Part shown: positions 53,053-62,502 of the stretch, in pieces
How positions within the stretch are numbered: the first letter of the stretch is position 1
Layout of the letters: the number at the start of each line of letters is the position of its first letter
Source of the DNA: Candidatus Latescibacterota bacterium
GTDB taxonomy: Bacteria; Latescibacterota; UBA2968; UBA8231
Length of the DNA: 64,000 nt
NCBI GenBank assembly: GCA_965248355.1
Contig: OZ252098.1
Span: 3,968,001 to 4,032,000, forward strand
Reading direction: 5' to 3'
Translations under genes and position numbers: made by a program
The notes under the pieces: model-generated
What the model was told of the DNA's origin: nothing
Databases searched by the model: none
What the model saw: the letters and a program-made list of their open reading frames with translations, nothing else

Positions 53053-54364
53053 CTGGGTTGATGCGGAGGGGGTCAATGGAGCGGAGCTATCCGCGACCTG
53101 GGCGTCTTTACGAATCGGTGCCGGAGACTCGGTCGTTACCCGCGTACTCGACGCACGGGCGAAGACGGTGCGCGACTTCGTGTACGTCCCGCTGTATCCA
53201 CTGGCGGAGTGGTTGGCGACGAACTGGTGGTTCCTGACACGGGAAGTCAACAATCCGGCCAAGGAAGACGATCGCGGCTTTCGTCGCCGGCATGTGCTGA
53301 GCGCCGGGCGGGAGGGGTATGCGTTTCCCGACCTGGAAATGTTCTCCTCAGGTCGATGGACCCATCTTGCCTGGAAGAGAGGACCGTCCCCATGGACCAG
53401 CGTCGAGTTCCTGGGCCAGGGGGAAATTCGGATCGACGGCAGTGAGTTCCGGGAAACCTGTGCCGGTGTCGTCGATCAAGTGATTCGGCGGCTCGTATCT
53501 CTGGGGATCGAGGAGACCTTCCTGGAACAGGAATGGAACGCGATTCAGGAGGCGGATGGAGACGAGTCCGAGTTCTGCGCGCTCGCGGCCGGGCTTGGTT
53601 GGGATCCGTACGCCCTCGATGACGAGAAGCGAGCACTGGTGCTTGAACTCGCTGAGAGGTTGAGCGGGGTAGTGCTCGAAGAGGCGGTAGCCGCACTCGA
53701 TGGCGGGATGCTTCTTGAGGGTTGCTCCGCCATCACCGGGGCCATGACCGAGGCCAGGTCCAACGGCCTTCTCCTGGAGCGGTTCGCGCCGATTCATCGA
53801 CAGGTCGGTCCGGAAGAAGCTTCGAGTCTCCATCCCTGGCAAGCAGGCTATGACCTGGCGCGGCGGCTTCGGGGGGCACTGGAACTCGACGGCGGTGCCC
53901 TGCCCGCCCTGCCTCAACTGGCAGAAGTCATCGGCGAGGATCCGGAAGTGGTGAACCGAGTAACCAAGCCGGTAGATCTGCAGGGGGCGACGCTGGTGGA
54001 CGGCGTTGTGACCCGGGACGAAGACCACAACCCGGCCTTTGGCTTCCGTCGGTTTGGAGAGCGAAGCAGACGCTTCCACTTCTGCCGCGCCTTGGCGGAG
54101 GTGCTGGCATCACCTGGCACGGATACGCTGCTCACGAGAGCGAACTCCGGGCGGCAACAGCGCAATCGCGCCTTCGCGGCCGAGTTCCTGGCGCCAGCGT
54201 CCGGCTTGCGGGCGAGGATATCCGGCCGAGCAGTGGACGGTGACGAAATGGACGAGTTGGCCGATGAGTTCGGTGTTTCTTCGCTGGTCATCGAACATCA
54301 AGTCCAGAACCATGGCATAGCCTGGGTACTGCCCCATCGCTTCGGCGATCCCGAAGCCAAGTGA
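53027..54364 (+). CDS. Unknown N-terminal domain plus ImmA/IrrE-like C-terminal domain lacking HExxH
   Basis: 445 aa; RRFHFCRALAE at the RFxxAHExxH position; NRAFAAEFLAP; LADEFGVS HTH. Confidence 0.75.
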   Translation: MQKLKFEIDWVDAEGVNGAELSATWASLRIGAGDSVVTRVLDARAKTVRDFVYVPLYPLAEWLATNWWFLTREVNNPAKEDDRGFRRRHVLSAGREGYAFPDLEMFSSGRWTHLAWKRGPSPWTSVEFLGQGEIRIDGSEFRETCAGVVDQVIRRLVSLGIEETFLEQEWNAIQEADGDESEFCALAAGLGWDPYALDDEKRALVLELAERLSGVVLEEAVAALDGGMLLEGCSAITGAMTEARSNGLLLERFAPIHRQVGPEEASSLHPWQAGYDLARRLRGALELDGGALPALPQLAEVIGEDPEVVNRVTKPVDLQGATLVDGVVTRDEDHNPAFGFRRFGERSRRFHFCRALAEVLASPGTDTLLTRANSGRQQRNRAFAAEFLAPASGLRARISGRAVDGDEMDELADEFGVSSLVIEHQVQNHGIAWVLPHRFGDPEAK

Positions 54365-54403
54365 GGGTTTCAGTCCGGGGAAGGCTTCGCCCGGGCCATC
54401 GCC

Positions 54404-54610
54404 GACGTGGGCCGCTACATCGCCTACAGCCCCACGCGCAACTCGGCCATGGCCCTGATCTCCACCCACGCAGAGAAGGGCGTGGACATGAACCCCCACA
54501 TGCCCAAGAGCGAGCAGAATGCCAGGCGAGCCCTGCACAACAACTGGGAATGGTGGAGCGACCACGGCGACGAGATGAACGAGCGCTTCAGCACCTGGCT
54601 GGCTCGGTGA
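54404..54610 (+). repeat. potD 3'-end repeat, copy 3 (207 bp)
   Basis: Colinear with copies 1 and 2; ends in TGA rather than TAG. Confidence 0.95.
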
Positions 54611-54623
54611 GCCCCATGGAATC

Positions 54624-54676
54624 TTGACAAAGAAACGCTCCTTTCCTAAGCATCGGCCTTAGGAAAGGAGCGTTTC
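54624..54676 (+). promoter_or_regulatory. TTGACA followed by a perfect 19-bp inverted repeat covering the fic RBS
   Basis: GAAACGCTCCTTTCCTAAG-N7-CTTAGGAAAGGAGCGTTTC (54632-54676); ATG at 54683. Confidence 0.7.
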
Positions 54677-54682
54677 CCAGTC

Positions 54683-55837
54683 ATGGCTCGCCAAACCGGT
54701 CAATACCGCAGTACCCGCACCTTGGGGGAGGAGGTTCGGGCCTTCGTTCCACACCCCCTGCCCCCGACCAATCCTGCCCTGGTGATGGATGAGCCCACGG
54801 CGGAGCTCCACGCCGCCGCGCGGACAGCCCTTGCGCGTCTGGCAGTGGCGGGCACGATGGTGCCCAGCACCGAGTGGTTCATCTACGGCTTCGTTCGCAA
54901 GGAGGCGGTCGTCACCTCGCAGATCGAAGGGACGCAGGCCACGCTCCGGGATGTTGTCACCTTCGAGGCCACGGAACAAAGCGAGCGTCCCGACGATGTC
55001 CGGGAGATCTGCAACTATGTGGATGCCCTCGCACACGCCCGGAGACAGATCGCGGCCCCCGGGGGTCTGCCGCTGAGTATCCGCCTCTTGTGCGATTCGC
55101 ACCGCATCCTGATGCGGGGTGTTCGCGGTGAGGGCAAGCGGCCCGGTGAGGTCCGCCGATCGCAGAACTGGATTGGCGGCAGCAGGCCCGGCAACGCCCG
55201 CTTTGTCCCACCGCCGCCCGAGGCCGTCCCCGGCGCCCTCGCGGCGCTGGAGCGGTGGTTGCATGACGATGGCCGTCTGCCGCCCCTGGTTCGGATTGGT
55301 CTCGCCCATGTGCAGTTCGAGACGATCCATCCGTTCCTCGATGGCAACGGCCGCATCGGCCGGCTCCTGATCGCGCTGCTCGTCGAGCATTGGGATCTGC
55401 TGGAGCAGCCCCTGCTCTACATCAGCCTGGCCTTCAAGCGTGAGCAGCAGGAGTACTACGCCCGGCTGTCGGAGGTTCGCAGCGACGGGGATTGGGAGGG
55501 CTGGATCGGGTTCTTCCTCGCCTGCGTGCGCGAGGCTGCCGAGGACGGAGTTCGTGTTGCGCAGGCGCTCCATGCTCTCGTAGGGCGCGATCGCAGCCGC
55601 ATCTTCGACTCCGACCGGTCGACCGTAGCCGCCATCCAGTTGCTCGAGCTTCTGCCCTGCAATCCGGTCGTCACGGTTCCCGGGGCGTCGACACTGCTCG
55701 GCCTGACGGCCCCTCCGACACGCAAGGCGATTGGGCTGCTGGAAGAGCTTGGCGTGCTTCGTGAGATCACCGGCAGGCGGCGCGGTCGCGCCTACGCCTA
55801 TGACGAGTACGTTCAAATCCTGACGGGCGACGAGTAG
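54683..55837 (+). CDS. Fic family protein (Fic_N, Fic, C-terminal HTH)
   Basis: EAVVTSQIEG inhibitory-type motif; HPFLDGNGRIGR catalytic motif. Confidence 0.93.
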   Translation: MARQTGQYRSTRTLGEEVRAFVPHPLPPTNPALVMDEPTAELHAAARTALARLAVAGTMVPSTEWFIYGFVRKEAVVTSQIEGTQATLRDVVTFEATEQSERPDDVREICNYVDALAHARRQIAAPGGLPLSIRLLCDSHRILMRGVRGEGKRPGEVRRSQNWIGGSRPGNARFVPPPPEAVPGALAALERWLHDDGRLPPLVRIGLAHVQFETIHPFLDGNGRIGRLLIALLVEHWDLLEQPLLYISLAFKREQQEYYARLSEVRSDGDWEGWIGFFLACVREAAEDGVRVAQALHALVGRDRSRIFDSDRSTVAAIQLLELLPCNPVVTVPGASTLLGLTAPPTRKAIGLLEELGVLREITGRRRGRAYAYDEYVQILTGDE

Positions 55838-55884
55838 GGATCCCATCCATAGGCTCTTCCACACGGGCAGGCGTACGATTATGA

Positions 55885-56169
55885 ATGGACTACCTGGCGG
55901 TAAAGGACCTCAAGAAAACCAGGGAACTCTGGGAAAGGCTTGCCAGTGAGCGAGAGCTGGTCATCACCCGGGACGGCAAGCCCTCGGCCTTGATGATCAG
56001 CATCTCACCGGAGACCGTGGAAGAGTCGTTGCGCGAGATTCGTCGGGCGCTGTTCTCAGCCGCCGTGAGCCGTGTGCGGAGGCGGGCCGAGAAGGAAGGG
56101 ATGCCGGACGACGCCGCGATTGCAGCGGAGATCGATCAGAGCAGGAAGGACCGCGGCCTGTCGTCTTGA
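55885..56169 (+). CDS. Phd-like antitoxin
   Basis: ELVITRDGKPSALM; 4-nt overlap with the PIN gene. Confidence 0.75.
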   Translation: MDYLAVKDLKKTRELWERLASERELVITRDGKPSALMISISPETVEESLREIRRALFSAAVSRVRRRAEKEGMPDDAAIAAEIDQSRKDRGLSS

Positions 56170-56591
56170 GAGTGGTCGTGGACACCAACGTCCTGGTATC
56201 GGGGCTGATCAACCCTCACGGCTACCCCGGGCGGATTGTCGATTTGCTGCGTGTGGATGTGTTGCAGGTGGTAGTGGATGACCGCATTCTGGCCGGGTAC
56301 CACGATGTCCTGGCTCGCGATGCTTTCCGTCGGTACTTCTCGAAGCCGGACCGGGAAGGCATACTGGACTACCTCGAAAACAACGCGCTGCACATTGCCC
56401 CCCGCCTGGTCCTGCCCCCCTTGCCGGATCCCGGTGACACGCCGTTCCTGGAGGTGGCTCTGTCCGAGGAGGTGCCCCTGGTGACAGGGAATGCGAGCCA
56501 CTTCCCTGCGGAAAGGCGGAAAAACTGCGAGGTGCTCAGTCCAAGGGAGTTTCTCCACACGCACCTTCCCGCCGAGTCAGAGGGGGAATGA
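56166..56591 (+). CDS. PIN_3-type putative toxin
   Basis: RVVVDTNVLVSGL, DPGDTPFLEVA, LVTGN..HFP. Confidence 0.85.
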   Translation: MRVVVDTNVLVSGLINPHGYPGRIVDLLRVDVLQVVVDDRILAGYHDVLARDAFRRYFSKPDREGILDYLENNALHIAPRLVLPPLPDPGDTPFLEVALSEEVPLVTGNASHFPAERRKNCEVLSPREFLHTHLPAESEGE

Positions 56592-57345
56592 ACTCCGGCG
56601 CGCCCATCAGGACCTCCAGCCTCCGCCCCCGCCTTCGCGCCGCGGGGCTGGTCCTGCCCCTTCTGGCCTTCATCGGCCTGACCTTCATCGCGCCCCTGGC
56701 GACGATGCTGGTGCGCAGCGTCTACGACCCCGTGGTGGCCGATACCATGCCGGAAACCCTCGGCCTTCTGCGGGAGTGGGACGGCCAGGGCCCTCCCGCG
56801 GAGGCGGTGTACGAGGCGGCGGCGCGGGAGCTGGTGAAGGCGCGCTCCGAGCGCACCCTCGGCCAGGTGGCGACCCGCGTCAAACGCGTCCACGGCGGAC
56901 TGCGCAGCGTCCTGACCCGCAGCTCCCGGAAGCTGCAGCGCCTCGACGAGGGGCCCTGGCGCGAGGCCATGATCGCCGCCGACGGCGCCTCACGGTGACG
57001 GCCACCCTGTCGGCCTTCGACAACAATCTGACCCGCGCCGCCGCCAGCCTCGGCGCCGGACCGCTACGCACCTTCCGCAGCGTGCAGCTGCCGCTCATCG
57101 CTCCCGGCGTCATCTCCGGGGGCCTCTTCGCCTTCGCCACCTCCTTCGACGAGGTCGTGGCCGTGCTCTTCATGGCCGGCATCGAGCAGCGCACCATCCC
57201 GCGCCAGATGTGGGCCGGCATCCGCGAGCAGATCAGCCCCGCCATCCTGGCGGTGGCGACCTTCCTCATCGTCTTCGCCGTGCTGCTGCTGTTCGTTGTG
57301 GAGTGGCTGCGCCGGCGCTCGGCCGGGAGCGCGGCGGCGGCCTGA
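56588..57345 (+). pseudogene. potB 5' part joined out of frame to potC 3' part (internal deletion)
   Basis: LVLPLLAFIGLTFIAP N-terminus stops at 56998; other frame has RAAASLGA..RTF, FATSFDEVV, QRTIPRQMW (permease EAA loop); junction near 56990. Confidence 0.8.
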
Positions 57346-57352
57346 TCGGCGT

Positions 57353-57722
57353 CTAGTCGTCGAGAAGGGCCCTGGCGGTCTGCCTCGCCTCGTCCAGGGT
57401 CTCGACCACGCGGTCCTCCGGAACGTCCCGCAGGATATCGAGGGTGCCGAGGGTCTTCTCCACCGAGCCCGAGAGACCCATGACCACGCACTCCGTCCGT
57501 TCCTTGCCGGCCACCTCGATGAGTTGCCGGATCAGCATGGCGGCGCTGTCGTCGAGGTTAGGTGGCCCCGGAGAAGTCGAAGATGACGACCTCGTGGTCC
57601 TTGATGTCGCCGCCGATGACGGCGACCAGCTTGGTGGAGGAGGCGACGGTGGGCAGGGCCACCACCATGGAGGTGACGGCGCCGAAGAGGTCCCCGCGCA
57701 GGGTACGGAGATCGTAGTTCAT
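57353..57722 (-). pseudogene. SulP anion transporter remnant (N-terminus fused to STAS domain, frameshifted)
   Basis: MNYDLRTLRGDLFGAVTSMVVALP joined to HEVVIFDFSGAT*, then LDDSAAMLIRQL...LDEAR in a shifted frame. Confidence 0.75.
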
Positions 57723-57757
57723 GACGGGCCGTCCTGCCGCTCAGCTGCTCACCGCGT

Positions 57758-58592
57758 TCAGCCCGGGAGGCGGGTCCAGGCGGTCACGTGGGGGGGCAGG
57801 CGCAGCGGGCGCTTCGAGGTCACCACCTCCCGCCGGACGCGCTCGGCCAGGGTATCCACGTCGACCTGATCGGCCGTCGCCATCCCGAACTGCTCGAGCA
57901 GCGGGACCAGGCTGCGGAAGCTGTTGGCGATGAAGGAATAGCCCGCCCAGTCCTCGGGACCGCCCACGGGGGACTCGAAGTGCATGTACGGCTCGGGCAG
58001 GCCGGCCTCGACGTAGGCGCGGTACAGGTCGAGCCCATGTCGAGGTGGGCCCCCGAGCGCTCGAACACGCCCAGACCCCAGTCGACGAGCTGATTCATCA
58101 GGGGCGTGTCGTCGTGATACGTATTCCGGTAGGGGCTGAAGTCGACCTCCTGGAAGGCGACGATTCCCCCCGGGCGCAGGCGGACCGCCAGCTGCCTGAG
58201 GGCGTCGGCGGGATCGGCCATGTACATGAGGACCAGGCGGCCGATGAGGGCGTCGAAGTCGCCCCCCAGATCGAGAGTGCGGGCGTCCCCCGCGAAGAAC
58301 TCGACGTTCTCGAACCCCGCCTCCCCGGCCCGGGCCCGCGCCGTCTCGAGAATCGCCGGGTTCACGTCCACGCCCACCACGGCCCCCTCCGGCCCGACCA
58401 CCTCGGCGGCGGTCATGGTCACGTCCCCGGTGCCGCTGCCGATGTCGAGCACCCTCATCCCGCGGCCCAGGCCGCCATGTTGAGGAGGCGCCGCGTCACC
58501 GCGTCGTAGAGCTGCGACTGCTGGATCAGGCGCTCCTCCTCCTCCTTGCTGCGGCCCATGGTGTACCGGGCGTCGCCCCTGGTCTCGCTCAT
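57758..58592 (-). pseudogene. Class I SAM methyltransferase with two frameshifts
   Basis: Three consecutive frames: YTMGRS.EE.ERL..Q / VLDIGSGTGD...LRPGG / LYRAYVEAGLP...; could be sequencing indels. Confidence 0.75.
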
Positions 58593-59272
58593 GGCCTCGT
58601 CCTTTTCGTTTCGTCCATCCGCAGCCGGTCCTCCCGGCTCATGAACGGCTGATAGCGCTCCACCAACTCGGCCAGGCTCTCTTCCACCGTCGCCGTCGAC
58701 GTGTCGAGGACGATGCGCCGCTGGATCAGGGCGGCTTCGAACTCCTCCTCGAAGCGAGCCAGCACGTGCTCCACGTCCGGCTCGCGCACGATCGGGTGCT
58801 CGTGGGGGGCCTCCTGCATGCGCCGGCGGATCACCTCCGGGCCGGCCTTCAGCAGCACCAGCACGGTGCCGGGAGCCTTGGCCAGCATCTCGCTCTCGAA
58901 GCGCCGCGCCATCCCGGTCCGCTGGCCTTCGGGGCTGCGCTTGGGGGCCCCGGAGTCGGGGCCGCCGTACCCGTAATAGAGGGGCGCGTACACCGCCTCC
59001 TCGATGACGAAGCCCATCAGGTTGTGGTCGTGATTCGAGTAGAAGGAGTCGCTCAGGTGGTAGGTCAGGGAGTAGCGCTGGAACATCTCCAGGAACTGGG
59101 GATGGACGGCCAGCACCGACTCCCGGGCTTCGGGCGAGAGCTCGCTCGAGGGTACGCTGAAGTGATCGTGGAAGTGGCTGGTCCCGCCCAGGGCCTCCTG
59201 GGCCCACTGCATCACCTCGGCGGCGACGGTGGACTTGCCCGCGTATTCACATCCGACAAAGACGAGGTTCAT
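58589..59272 (-). CDS. P-loop NMP-kinase-like protein
   Basis: VFVGCEYAGKST Walker A; LVLLKA.PEVIRRR; LDTS. Confidence 0.7.
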   Translation of the reverse strand: MNLVFVGCEYAGKSTVAAEVMQWAQEALGGTSHFHDHFSVPSSELSPEARESVLAVHPQFLEMFQRYSLTYHLSDSFYSNHDHNLMGFVIEEAVYAPLYYGYGGPDSGAPKRSPEGQRTGMARRFESEMLAKAPGTVLVLLKAGPEVIRRRMQEAPHEHPIVREPDVEHVLARFEEEFEAALIQRRIVLDTSTATVEESLAELVERYQPFMSREDRLRMDETKRTRP

Positions 59273-59331
59273 CGGCCACCTTGACGGGAAGAGGAAGGCT
59301 CGGCTATCATGCGGCCGGGCGAATATAGCCG

Positions 59332-59813
59332 ATGAACACCCCCTCGCAATCCTACCGCCACAAGCAGTTCGGCACCACCATCGTGGCCATCTCCCTCCCC
59401 GCCCTGATGGTGCCTCTGCTCGTGGTGTGGTTCAACAAGGCCCGGCCGTCCTCTCGGTCCTGGCGGCGGTGGCGGGGATCCAGGTCCTGGTGCTCCTGCT
59501 CTTCGGCAGCCTGACGGTGGAGATCTCCGGGGGGCACGTGAGGATCCGCTTCGGCGCCGGCCTGATCCGCAAGCGCTGGCCCCTCGACGGGATCGAGGCC
59601 TGCCGGCCGGTGAGGACTTCCTGGATCGACGGCTGGGGCATCCGCCTGACTCGGAGGGGCTGGCTCTACAATGTCTCGGGGCTGGACGCCGTGGAGCTGA
59701 GGATGAGGAACGGGAAGGCCGTCAGCATCGGCACCGACGAGCCGCAGGCGCTGTGCGCCGCTCTCGAGGAGGCCCTGGCCGGCCGGAACCCTCCGGATTC
59801 CGCAGGCCCCTGA
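59332..59813 (+). pseudogene. Small membrane protein (bacterial PH-like domain), frameshift near 59440
   Basis: YRHKQFG plus a transmembrane segment in one frame; GWGIR...WLYNVSG..AVEL...IGTDEP in another. Confidence 0.6.
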
Positions 59814-59858
59814 CCGACCCCGCCCGCCCGAGCCATCCGCGGTCACCTGCGGCCCGGG

Positions 59859-62498
59859 TCATCCGCCGGCGCCGTCCGGCCCCGCATCCGGCACCATGTA
59901 GAGCGTCCACTCTCCCCCTTCCCCCGCGGTCACCACGGCCCAGTCCGGGTCCCAGGCGCCTGCCGGCGTGAGCACGGTGAACCCCTGCGGCAGGCGGATG
60001 CACAGCTCCACGTCGCCGCGCGCCTCCAGCTCCTCCGCGAAGCCCCGGCCGCACCTCGAGGCGGGCAGGAGTGGATCCTCCGCCTCCACCCGGCTCATCT
60101 CGTACCAGCCGTCCTTCCGCCCGTACTTGACCCCCCCGGTCAGCAGGGCGGCCAGGCTCTTCCGAATCCCGGCCGCCGCCGCGGCGGCGAACTCGTGGGG
60201 GCTGGCCAGGGCCGCCTCCTTGTCGGGCGCCGCCCGGAAGATCTCCAGCATCGTGCGGCGCGTCACCCGGACCGGCGGCGAGGTGCGCTCCAGGAGATCG
60301 GCCATGACCTCCAGAAGGTTGGGCAGGGCGGACCCCCCGGAGTCGGCGACGCTCTGGTGAGCGCCGCACCGCCGGGCCTCACTCTGCGCCCGCGCCTCGA
60401 AGGCGCCCTCGCCCTTCACCTCGAGCCGCCCCCGGGCGATGGTCAGCCCCGGCCGCGCCAGGGGGCGACTCTCCAGCTCGCGGCGGGCCCCGGCCACGAG
60501 CCGGTCCGTGTCGATGCGCAGGGCGAAGCGGGTCCGGGCCTCGACGCGCTCCCAGAGCCGCCGGAACTCCGGGCTCAGCTCGCCGTCCCGCCCACGGGAG
60601 GGCCGGGCGCCCGCCCGCCGGGGCGCCGGCGGCAGGATCCCGGCGCCGTACTCCTCCTCGAGGCGGCGCCGCTCCTCCTCGCCGAGGGCGGACAGGGGCC
60701 GGCCGCAGCGGCTCTCGATCGCCTCCCGGTACTCCTCGGCGATCTCCCGCTGAAGGCCGGCGGCGTAGCGCCGGTAGCTCTCGTTGGCCACCACCGTCAG
60801 GACGTTGACCTCGCCGTCCCGCACACGGCGGCCCTCCTGGTCGACGCAGAGCCGCATGCCCCGGCCCACCTCCTGGCGCTTCCGCACCTCGGAGACGGAC
60901 TGGTTCAGGGTGCAGATCTGGAAGACGTTGGGGTTGTCCCAGCCCTCGCGCAGGGCCGAGTGGGAGAACAGGAAGGCCACCTGCTTCCGGCGCCGGGTCT
61001 CGCCGCCGTCCGCGGCCCCCGGGAAGGAGAGCAGGGTCTCCTTGTCCCGCATGATCAGGGCGTAGGCGGCCTCGTCCTCGGCGCTCTCTCCGGAGACCGA
61101 GTCCAGCCACTCCAGGGCGCCGCCCCGCCGCCGCCGCTGGGCGAAGTACCCGGCCTGCACCGCTGCCGGCTCGAGGTCCCGCGACTCCGGCCAGCCGCCC
61201 TTCAGGTCGTTGAAGGCCTCGTCGAAGAGCCGCCGGATCAGCCCGTCCGGCCTCGCGTAGCTGGCCACGCGGTCGATGAAGAACAGGGAGAGGACCTTGA
61301 TGCCGGCGGGCCTGAGGCGGGCCTGCTTGCGGAAGTGCTCGGTCACGGTGAGGCGAATCTGCTCCCGGAAGAGGGCCTCCCGGTCCGGGCCGTGCTCCTC
61401 GCCGGCGCGCAGCTCCACGTCGTTGGTGAAGCGGACCACGCCGAGGCCGGCGTCGATCTCGTCCACGTCGAATCCGCGGTACTCCGAGCGGCCGGTCTTG
61501 GCGGCCAGGGAATCGCCGCGCCCCACGGTGACCGTGCTCTCGCGCACCGCCCCGCTGCCGGAGGGTTTGCGCACCACGAGGCGCGCCGTGACGCGGCGCT
61601 TCCCGCTCTTCACGCCGGCCACGCGGACGTAGGCCCGGCCGGCGTCCTCCTCCCGGGACACGGAGGCCACCTCGATGCCCTTCACCAGGCCCTGGCGGTA
61701 GGCCTCGAAGGGGGTCAGGCGGCAGACCAGGTTGTAGGGCCGGCGGTGGGTGGCGCTGTAGCGCAGGGCCAGCAGGGGGTCCAGGGAGGCCAGGGCCGCC
61801 CGGCTCTTCGGGCTCTCCATGTTCTGGGGCTCGTCAAGGACCAGGACCGGCCGGGCGGCCTGGATGAACTCGATGGGGGCCCGCCCCTGAAGGCGGTCGG
61901 AGCGCTGGCGGATGACGTTGGCCGACTTGTTGAAGGCGTCGATCGTCATCACCAGGACCTCGACGCCGCCGGAGAGGGCGAACTGGCAGACCTGGGAGCG
62001 GCTCGAGGCGTCGTACTCGGCGTGGCGCAGGACCGTGTTGCCGTAGAGGCGGGAGAAGTGGTCCCGGGTCACCCGCAGGCTCTTCAGGACCCCCTCGCGG
62101 ATCGCCACCGAGGGCACGACGACGATGAACTTCCGCAGGCCGTAGCGGTGGAACAGCTCCAGGATGGTGCGCAGGTAGACGTAGGTCTTGCCCGTGCCCG
62201 TCTCCATCTCCACGGAGAAGTTCCAGAAGCGCACCCGGCGGCTCCCGCCGGGGGCCTCGATCTCCTCCTCGATGGCGCGCAGCCCGTCGTCGGGGCGGAT
62301 GCCGTTGCCTGCCTGCACCCGCCGGAGGTTGGCCAGCAGCCGCTCCTCGTCCAGGTCGAGCCGGTTGGCCACCGCGGGCAGGTCCCCGGGCCCGAGGTCC
62401 ACCGCCGCCTCGATCGGGGGCTGCCCGAGGAGCAGGTCGGCCACCGCCTCGACGGCCCGCACCTGGAAGGGCTGGTGGGCGTCGAACCTCAGCTTCAC
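59859..62498 (-). CDS. res: Type III restriction subunit Res, nuclease end degenerate
   Basis: MKLRFD start; METGTGKT, DEPQN, YSATH, LREGWDNPN, RQEVGRGMR; ends PDWA...LYMVPDAG without ETK. Confidence 0.85.
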   Translation of the reverse strand: MKLRFDAHQPFQVRAVEAVADLLLGQPPIEAAVDLGPGDLPAVANRLDLDEERLLANLRRVQAGNGIRPDDGLRAIEEEIEAPGGSRRVRFWNFSVEMETGTGKTYVYLRTILELFHRYGLRKFIVVVPSVAIREGVLKSLRVTRDHFSRLYGNTVLRHAEYDASSRSQVCQFALSGGVEVLVMTIDAFNKSANVIRQRSDRLQGRAPIEFIQAARPVLVLDEPQNMESPKSRAALASLDPLLALRYSATHRRPYNLVCRLTPFEAYRQGLVKGIEVASVSREEDAGRAYVRVAGVKSGKRRVTARLVVRKPSGSGAVRESTVTVGRGDSLAAKTGRSEYRGFDVDEIDAGLGVVRFTNDVELRAGEEHGPDREALFREQIRLTVTEHFRKQARLRPAGIKVLSLFFIDRVASYARPDGLIRRLFDEAFNDLKGGWPESRDLEPAAVQAGYFAQRRRRGGALEWLDSVSGESAEDEAAYALIMRDKETLLSFPGAADGGETRRRKQVAFLFSHSALREGWDNPNVFQICTLNQSVSEVRKRQEVGRGMRLCVDQEGRRVRDGEVNVLTVVANESYRRYAAGLQREIAEEYREAIESRCGRPLSALGEEERRRLEEEYGAGILPPAPRRAGARPSRGRDGELSPEFRRLWERVEARTRFALRIDTDRLVAGARRELESRPLARPGLTIARGRLEVKGEGAFEARAQSEARRCGAHQSVADSGGSALPNLLEVMADLLERTSPPVRVTRRTMLEIFRAAPDKEAALASPHEFAAAAAAGIRKSLAALLTGGVKYGRKDGWYEMSRVEAEDPLLPASRCGRGFAEELEARGDVELCIRLPQGFTVLTPAGAWDPDWAVVTAGEGGEWTLYMVPDAGPDGAGG

Positions 62499-62502
62499 GG
62501 CA

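Noticed and set aside
57758..58592. Programmed frameshifting in the methyltransferase
   Set aside because: No slippery heptamer seen; two shifts plus neighbouring lesions favour decay or sequencing error
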